The notes under the pieces are model-generated. The model made no database searches. It was not told the origin of the DNA and saw only the letters and a list, made by a program, of their open reading frames with translations. Position numbers and translations under genes: made by a program. Shown piece after piece: positions 58,507 through 64,000 of a stretch of DNA of 64,000 bases. This DNA is from Candidatus Latescibacterota bacterium (lineage in GTDB: Bacteria > Latescibacterota > UBA2968), in contig OZ241986.1 of assembly GCA_965204375.1 (NCBI GenBank), positions 960,001 to 1,024,000 of the forward strand. The letters run 5' to 3'. How positions within the stretch are numbered: the stretch's first letter is position 1; the number at the start of each line of letters is the position of its first letter.

Positions 58507-60030
58507 ATGGCTGGCAAAACCCATCCAGAAACACTGCTTGACCTGCTCGAATCGGGCGCGCCGTCGCACCCGGCTATCGTGGCCCCCGGCGGGCCTATTG
58601 TGAACTACGACTCGTTGCGGCGTCAGGTGTGGACGCTTGCGGCGCAACTCCGCGCTATGGGCATAGATCGTGGTGACAGGGTAGCCATCGTCCTGCCCAA
58701 CGGCATAGAAGCGATTGTGACATTTTTGGCGGTCGCTGCGGTTGGCACGGCGGCTCCGCTGAACCCCGCCTACAGGCCCGCAGAGTTCGAGTTCTACTTG
58801 GACGACACCAACGCCACGGCGCTCATCACCTCGGACGACGGAGGCGAGGAGGCCCGCAGTGCTGCCCCGGCCTCGGTGATGGATATCCGGGCCGCGCTCG
58901 ACGAAGAGGGCCGCGTCAGTCTGACGGGATCCGGAGCCGTAGCGGAGGGGCGCGAAATCGCTCCGTCAGAGCCTGACGACGTGGCACTCGTGCTGCACAC
59001 CAGCGGGACGACCAGTCGTCCCAAGCGCGTGCCGCTGGCGCACCGGAATCTCACTGCATCCGTCGAGAACATCGTCGAGACCTACGACCTGTCCGACAGA
59101 GACGTATCGCTCTGCGTCATGCCGCTGTTTCACGTGCACGGGCTGATGGCATCCACGCTCTCGACTCTGCACTCGGGCGGGACCGTGGTCGTGCCGCCGC
59201 GCTTCAACCCGCTGGGGTTCTGGCCGCTCGTCGATGAGTATGAAGTCACGTGGTTTTCCGCGGTGCCGACGATGTTCCGGGCACTGCTGTCCAGGGCCCG
59301 GAGTGGGCGTGCGTCCCAGAATGCGGATAGACTGCGCTTCATCCGCTCGTGCAGCGCTGCCCTCGCCCCGGCTACAATGCAGCAGATGGAGTCGATTTTC
59401 GGTGTACCGGTGATCGAGGCCTATGGCATGACAGAGGCCGCACACCAGATGGCGTCGAACCCCCTGCCTCCTGACAATCGCATCCCCGGCTCAGTCGGAC
59501 AAGGGACTGGCGTGAAGATCGGGATTATGGACGAAGTGGGCGAGTTTCAGACGCCGGGTACGGTTGGCGAGGTGGTGATCAGTGGCCCCAACGTGATCCG
59601 GGGATACGAGTCCAATCCCGAGGCGAACGCTTCTTCGTTTGTCGGTGCTTGGTTCAGGACCGGAGACCAGGGCGAGCTTGACGAGAACGGTGTGCTGACG
59701 TTGCGGGGCCGGATCAAAGAACTCATCAACCGCAGTGGCGAGAAAATTTCTCCGGTCGAGATCGACGAGGTGCTGCTGTCGCACCCCGCTGTATCGGAGG
59801 CCGTGTCGTTCGGCGTCCCACACCCCACCCACGGAGAGGAGCCTGCCGCGGCGATCGTTCTCGGATCCGAGGCAACGGAGAAGGATCTGATCGCCCACTG
59901 CCGGCAGAGCTTGGCCTCCTTCAAGGTCCCGCGCAAAATTCACATCGTAGATACCATCCCGCGGACGGCAACGGGTAAGGTGCAGCGCCGGATCGTCGCG
60001 GAGGTTATCACCGGAGGGCCTTCGACGTGA
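58507..60030 (+). CDS. Acyl-CoA synthetase, oxalate-CoA ligase-like
   Basis: LHTSGTTSRPKRVPL, PLFHVHGL, FIRSCSA, EAYGMTEAAHQMASNPLPP, WFRTGDQG, TATGKVQR. Confidence 0.88.
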   Translation: MAGKTHPETLLDLLESGAPSHPAIVAPGGPIVNYDSLRRQVWTLAAQLRAMGIDRGDRVAIVLPNGIEAIVTFLAVAAVGTAAPLNPAYRPAEFEFYLDDTNATALITSDDGGEEARSAAPASVMDIRAALDEEGRVSLTGSGAVAEGREIAPSEPDDVALVLHTSGTTSRPKRVPLAHRNLTASVENIVETYDLSDRDVSLCVMPLFHVHGLMASTLSTLHSGGTVVVPPRFNPLGFWPLVDEYEVTWFSAVPTMFRALLSRARSGRASQNADRLRFIRSCSAALAPATMQQMESIFGVPVIEAYGMTEAAHQMASNPLPPDNRIPGSVGQGTGVKIGIMDEVGEFQTPGTVGEVVISGPNVIRGYESNPEANASSFVGAWFRTGDQGELDENGVLTLRGRIKELINRSGEKISPVEIDEVLLSHPAVSEAVSFGVPHPTHGEEPAAAIVLGSEATEKDLIAHCRQSLASFKVPRKIHIVDTIPRTATGKVQRRIVAEVITGGPST

Positions 60031-61010
60031 GGTTTGCATTGGTCGGTGCCGGAGCTATTGGGGCCTACCTGGGTGCTAAGCTCAGCGTGGCCGGTCACGA
60101 AGTCTTCCTGATCGCGCGTGGTTCGCATCTTCAAGCCATGCAGTCGCGCGGCGTCAGCGTGCGGAGTCCAGAAGGCGACATCAAGGCCCGTCCCACCGCA
60201 ACGGACGACTACAGTCTGGTGGGCGAGGTTGACTTCGTCTTTCTCACGGTGAAGGCCCACAGTCTGCCAGAGATCGCTCCCAAGCTGGGACCGCTTCTCG
60301 GGCCGGAGACGGCTGTTGTATCGACCCAAAACGGAATCCCGTGGTGGTACTTCCAGGGTCACGGCGGCCCCTGGGACGGAAGGCGAATCGAGAGGTTGGA
60401 TCCGAACGAGGTCGTCTCTTCCGCCATTCCCGCCGAGCGCGTCATCGGATGCATCGTCTATCCTTCGGCTTCCATTGCCGAGCCAGGGGTGATCGAGCAT
60501 GTGGAGGGCAACAGGTTCGCGATCGGCGAGCCGGATGGCTCGACCAGCGACAGGTGCAGAAGGCTGGCCGACGCCTTGAAGAAATCAGGCCTTCGCTGCC
60601 CGATCAGGTCCCGGATACGGGGAGACATGTGGGTCAAGCTGCTGGGGAATGTCGCCTTTAATCCCATCAGCGCGCTGACTCGCGCGACGCTGGTCGAGAT
60701 CGCCACGCATCCCGAAGCCCGCGCTCTGGCTCACTCCGTCATGGAGGAGGCCGACGCGGTGGCCCGCGCCCTTGGCGTGAGGGTGCCAATCTCGGTCGAG
60801 CGGCGCATCGCCGGAGCTGTCGCCGTGGGCGAGCACAAGACCTCTATGCTTCAGGACTTGGAGACCGGTAGGCCGATGGAACTCGAAGCCGTTGTGGGCG
60901 CTGTCATCGAGCTTGGAGAGATGCTCGACGTTCCCGTGCCCAACACCAGGGCCGTGTACGCGGCCACCAGGCTCCTGGACGAGATCGCTACGAGGAACAG
61001 GACGGTCTAA
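60027..61010 (+). CDS. Ketopantoate reductase family protein (possible oxalyl-CoA reductase)
   Basis: GAGAIG, QNGIPWWYF, WVKLLGN, KTSMLQD, E; GTGA overlap with the ligase. Confidence 0.85.
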   Translation: MRFALVGAGAIGAYLGAKLSVAGHEVFLIARGSHLQAMQSRGVSVRSPEGDIKARPTATDDYSLVGEVDFVFLTVKAHSLPEIAPKLGPLLGPETAVVSTQNGIPWWYFQGHGGPWDGRRIERLDPNEVVSSAIPAERVIGCIVYPSASIAEPGVIEHVEGNRFAIGEPDGSTSDRCRRLADALKKSGLRCPIRSRIRGDMWVKLLGNVAFNPISALTRATLVEIATHPEARALAHSVMEEADAVARALGVRVPISVERRIAGAVAVGEHKTSMLQDLETGRPMELEAVVGAVIELGEMLDVPVPNTRAVYAATRLLDEIATRNRTV

Positions 61011-62071
61011 CCGACGTATGAGCCGGTGAGTTCGCTGGATACGCAATCCGGCTCCTTCGAGACCACCTCGGCCCATATGGATGCTGTTTGATCCAGTGAC
61101 AACTTGAGTTGAGACTTGTGTAGATCCTCATTGAGGAGCCACGAACCAATTTCCCCAGTACGAACTGCATACCACGTATAGGCATACAGGACATCGCGTT
61201 TGTCATCGAGTTCCGTGATCTCCTCGCCCACGGCCAGGCGGGATGGATACGATGTGATGTGCCGCTCCACAACATTAGCGGGAGCCTTGGCGTACCTTGC
61301 TTCTACCTCATCCGCCGTAAGAGAGAACAGGCGAATGAGGCGATTCGCAATTCCTTCTTCCTGGTGCTCGCGAGCTAGAACGCAAAAACGAGTGAAAGCC
61401 CTTCCAAAGGACCGATCTCCATGCCCCCACCTTTCCTTCAGATATGGGATTATCACACGTGCGAGTTCCTGTATAGAGATCCCTGCCTCAATCAGACTAC
61501 CTGCCTCCAGATGTGACTGAACTCGCTGAGCGAGACTGGTTACACGTCTGATTCGCTCGATTTGGCGTGCCCGGACAACCGATGGGTCAAATCGACCATT
61601 GGAAAGTAGCACAACAAATGCAGGAGTATCGCAATCCTCAGACGCGTGAACTGATTGACCGAGGTGGCTCTTGTCGGTCGCATGGAAAGTCCTCTCGTTG
61701 GCCATCAACTCATCTAAGTGACGCTTGCCTTTGATCAAGTCGTCTGCCTCGTCGGCTGTAAAATGAAGTCGGCCTGCGTCAACAGACGTCGGCCATGTGT
61801 CTCGAGCCCACTCCCTTGTGATGGACAAAGCAAGCTCGTCCACTCTTTTTGGAAGACTGTCGTCCGCCACTCTGGTAGTAATGTAGATGAGGTCTATATC
61901 TGATATAGGCCACGCCATTCCTCGCCCAACGCTACCCCCTAGAATCACACCTGCAACGCCAGGAACAGATGCGATCCGTTCGATGGCTTCAACGGTTCGC
62001 TCCTGTAGAATGAGTTCCCAGTTTTCCAGGTGCGCTTGGAAGAGATCAGTTCTAAACAAAATCGAACTCAC
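61007..62071 (-). CDS. Nucleotidyltransferase-domain protein
   Basis: GVILGGSVGRG..SDIDL; GTG start 4 bp after a GTTATGC core-like site. Confidence 0.75.
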   Translation of the reverse strand: MSSILFRTDLFQAHLENWELILQERTVEAIERIASVPGVAGVILGGSVGRGMAWPISDIDLIYITTRVADDSLPKRVDELALSITREWARDTWPTSVDAGRLHFTADEADDLIKGKRHLDELMANERTFHATDKSHLGQSVHASEDCDTPAFVVLLSNGRFDPSVVRARQIERIRRVTSLAQRVQSHLEAGSLIEAGISIQELARVIIPYLKERWGHGDRSFGRAFTRFCVLAREHQEEGIANRLIRLFSLTADEVEARYAKAPANVVERHITSYPSRLAVGEEITELDDKRDVLYAYTWYAVRTGEIGSWLLNEDLHKSQLKLSLDQTASIWAEVVSKEPDCVSSELTGSYVG

Positions 62072-62075
62072 TTTC

Positions 62076-62100
62076 GCATAACTACGGGATTAACGAACTG
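62076..62100 (-). other. 3' half of an attC-like site
   Basis: Minus strand CAGTTCGTTAATCCCGTA-GTTATGC immediately before the CDS start; no matching 5' half seen. Confidence 0.4.
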
Positions 62101-62238
62101 TTACGGTAATTTATACCAAATCTATGTATCTCCGACCTTGCGGGAATTCTTCTCTTCAGAGGTTGTATCCCGAACATGTTCGCAGATGCTTCCTCTGGAG
62201 GCATCATTTCTATTCAGAACCCGCCTCCTTTAGCACCA

Positions 62239-63366
62239 TCACACCGTCGTCTCCAAATACACCTTCAACGCTGCAGCCAGATCGCGTCCAAATACACGCG
62301 CCAGTTCTGGACTTGTATTCAGATCGCCCACATTGGCATAGGGAAACTCAATTGCCGTTGCCAATTGAACGCCCGGTAATTCACTCGCCCACCGACCAAA
62401 GCTCTTGCCAACTGCATAATTCTCTGCCGTATTCCACTCCACGCCAAAGGGCAAATTATCCGCTGCATAAAAGGGCAAGCCTCCCGTTCGTTCCGCTTCC
62501 AAAATATGCGAAAACCGCATCTGTTCCTGCCAGTGGGCTTCTGACTCAGACCCCACCAGATAAATCGTCTCATTTCGATTCCTGCGAATCCACGGACAGT
62601 GCAGATCAATCGCTACCTTCAGTTTGCCAGCGTTCCAATCCGGTACCCTTTCTCGAATCACAGCCGTTTCAATATGCACACTCTCCCCGACATAATCCCG
62701 GTTGTGATCCCGCGGCTTCCGATTCTTCCCCTGATCGCCATCCTCCACACCGTCTTTATCTACAAACGGAATCACCAGACATTCAACCCGTCCCTGAAAC
62801 CAGCGCCCCAAATCACCCTCACCAAGTATCGCCGCCATCATGCCTTCCAGCACATATGACTGCATCATCTCACAGCAGTGGTGTCGCGCCGTAATCAACA
62901 CGCGCAGATCCGCCCCACCGTCCAGCCGCCCCACATACAACATCTCAACATCACGTCCTTTGTGCGTCTCGCACAACGTCTCAGCCACCAGATAATCCGA
63001 ATCCACATACGACGCCAAAAACCGGTCCAGATCGGCCTGCACATACGGCATCCCAAAACTGAACCGCACATCATCCGCGTCATTCGCAAACGCATACACA
63101 AACGACTGTCCATCCACCGCATCATTACCCAACCAGCGCCACGTCATCCCACCGTCTTCACTCATCCCAGGACCACGCGTGCCAATCACATTGCTGCCGG
63201 TAAAGTGAAACCGCACGGTTCGGCCTGCTGCGCCACGCACCCGAAAATACCAGTAGAACCAATCGCGATCCGTATCGCGCAGATCCTGCTGAACAAACAC
63301 ATCATCACCGTCAATTCGCTCAGCGATGATATTCCCACCCGGAAAATCACAATCTATCATAATCAT
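62239..63366 (-). CDS. M14-family zinc carboxypeptidase-like protein
   Basis: DFPGGN, WFYWYF, ARHHCCE, DGVEDG, DHNR, IDLHCP, IEFPY. Confidence 0.85.
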   Translation of the reverse strand: MIMIDCDFPGGNIIAERIDGDDVFVQQDLRDTDRDWFYWYFRVRGAAGRTVRFHFTGSNVIGTRGPGMSEDGGMTWRWLGNDAVDGQSFVYAFANDADDVRFSFGMPYVQADLDRFLASYVDSDYLVAETLCETHKGRDVEMLYVGRLDGGADLRVLITARHHCCEMMQSYVLEGMMAAILGEGDLGRWFQGRVECLVIPFVDKDGVEDGDQGKNRKPRDHNRDYVGESVHIETAVIRERVPDWNAGKLKVAIDLHCPWIRRNRNETIYLVGSESEAHWQEQMRFSHILEAERTGGLPFYAADNLPFGVEWNTAENYAVGKSFGRWASELPGVQLATAIEFPYANVGDLNTSPELARVFGRDLAAALKVYLETTV

Positions 63367-63485
63367 TGAACACGCTTCTTTATGATGTCGATTTGCATTT
63401 ACTCCTCCACTATCCATTGGATCCGTCAGTGCTTCGTAATCTGAGGATGCTGATAGGGGTTGGTTTTTGTCTTGTTTTAGGCACT

Positions 63486-63935
63486 CTATTTAAGTGCAAA
63501 TTCTAATAAGGGAATAGTGCGCCCCGGAATCGCCCCTGAAGGTACTTCTCCAATTCGAACGGAACCTCTTGACAAATAAAATGATTCCGCATACGGATCT
63601 GAGTGGATAGACATTTTGTGAAAACCTAACTGCCTCGCTTGATCAATCGCATGATCCCAAAGTCTCTTCCCATATCCCTGGTCTATTTTGCTTGGCTCTA
63701 TAAATAAATCAGACAGTTCGAGTTCATTCTCTCTGGTTTTTAGCCTATAAAAGCCGACGACCTGTTCCATTTCTTCTATCACATAGACGGTGTGATGGCT
63801 AATGTCTTGTTGGGTATAAGTTAGATCCTGGCGGCATGCTTCAAGAAAATCTGCATCGTAGTTCCAATGCGCTTTTGAGCGCACTGCAAGGCTACTCAAT
63901 TTTTCATTTTCTTCAGCTTTTGCAGTTCTGATCAT
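63486..63935 (-). CDS. GNAT acetyltransferase
   Basis: RSKAHWNY, LFIEP..DQGYGKRL, SDPYAESFY. Confidence 0.88.
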   Translation of the reverse strand: MIRTAKAEENEKLSSLAVRSKAHWNYDADFLEACRQDLTYTQQDISHHTVYVIEEMEQVVGFYRLKTRENELELSDLFIEPSKIDQGYGKRLWDHAIDQARQLGFHKMSIHSDPYAESFYLSRGSVRIGEVPSGAIPGRTIPLLEFALK

Positions 63936-64000
63936 TGGAGTGATCCCGATAAGTTGGGAGAAGGCCGAACCGCTCTTGAAAAGAATCCCCGCCAGAAAAC

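Noticed and set aside
62124-62894. 256-aa Pro/Ser/His-rich plus-strand ORF
   Set aside because: By-product of the C-rich antisense strand of the M14 peptidase gene.

Overview
Bacterial accessory DNA with no rRNA, tRNA or CRISPR array recognised. About 54 apparently intact non-transposase genes are packed almost end to end, 49 on the minus strand; every non-IS gene from 22125 to 58285 is minus. Two kinds of cargo are interleaved. One is carbohydrate/sulfate catabolism (PL4 and alginate lyases, BNR/sialidase-like proteins, sulfatases, GH4, RhaM, PhyH dioxygenases, dehydrogenases). The other is integron-cassette-type genes (GNATs, phosphotransferases, nucleotidyltransferases, methyltransferases, HigBA, HicBA) with broken attC-like sites but no integrase in the window. 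The most striking feature is the DNA between genes. Several genes are collapsed to a 5' stub fused to a 3' stub (MFS, sulfatase, tnpB, a DUF6932-like gene, a MacB-like permease, an unknown cassette). Orphan RBS+ATG starts are stacked in spacers, four segments occur twice as diverged copies, and base composition changes from gene to gene. I infer a high-turnover gene-collection array built by repeated capture and short-homology deletion. An IS1380 and an IS5-family element sit at one target site whose empty state can be reconstructed. All family assignments come from motif recognition by eye, not database searches.
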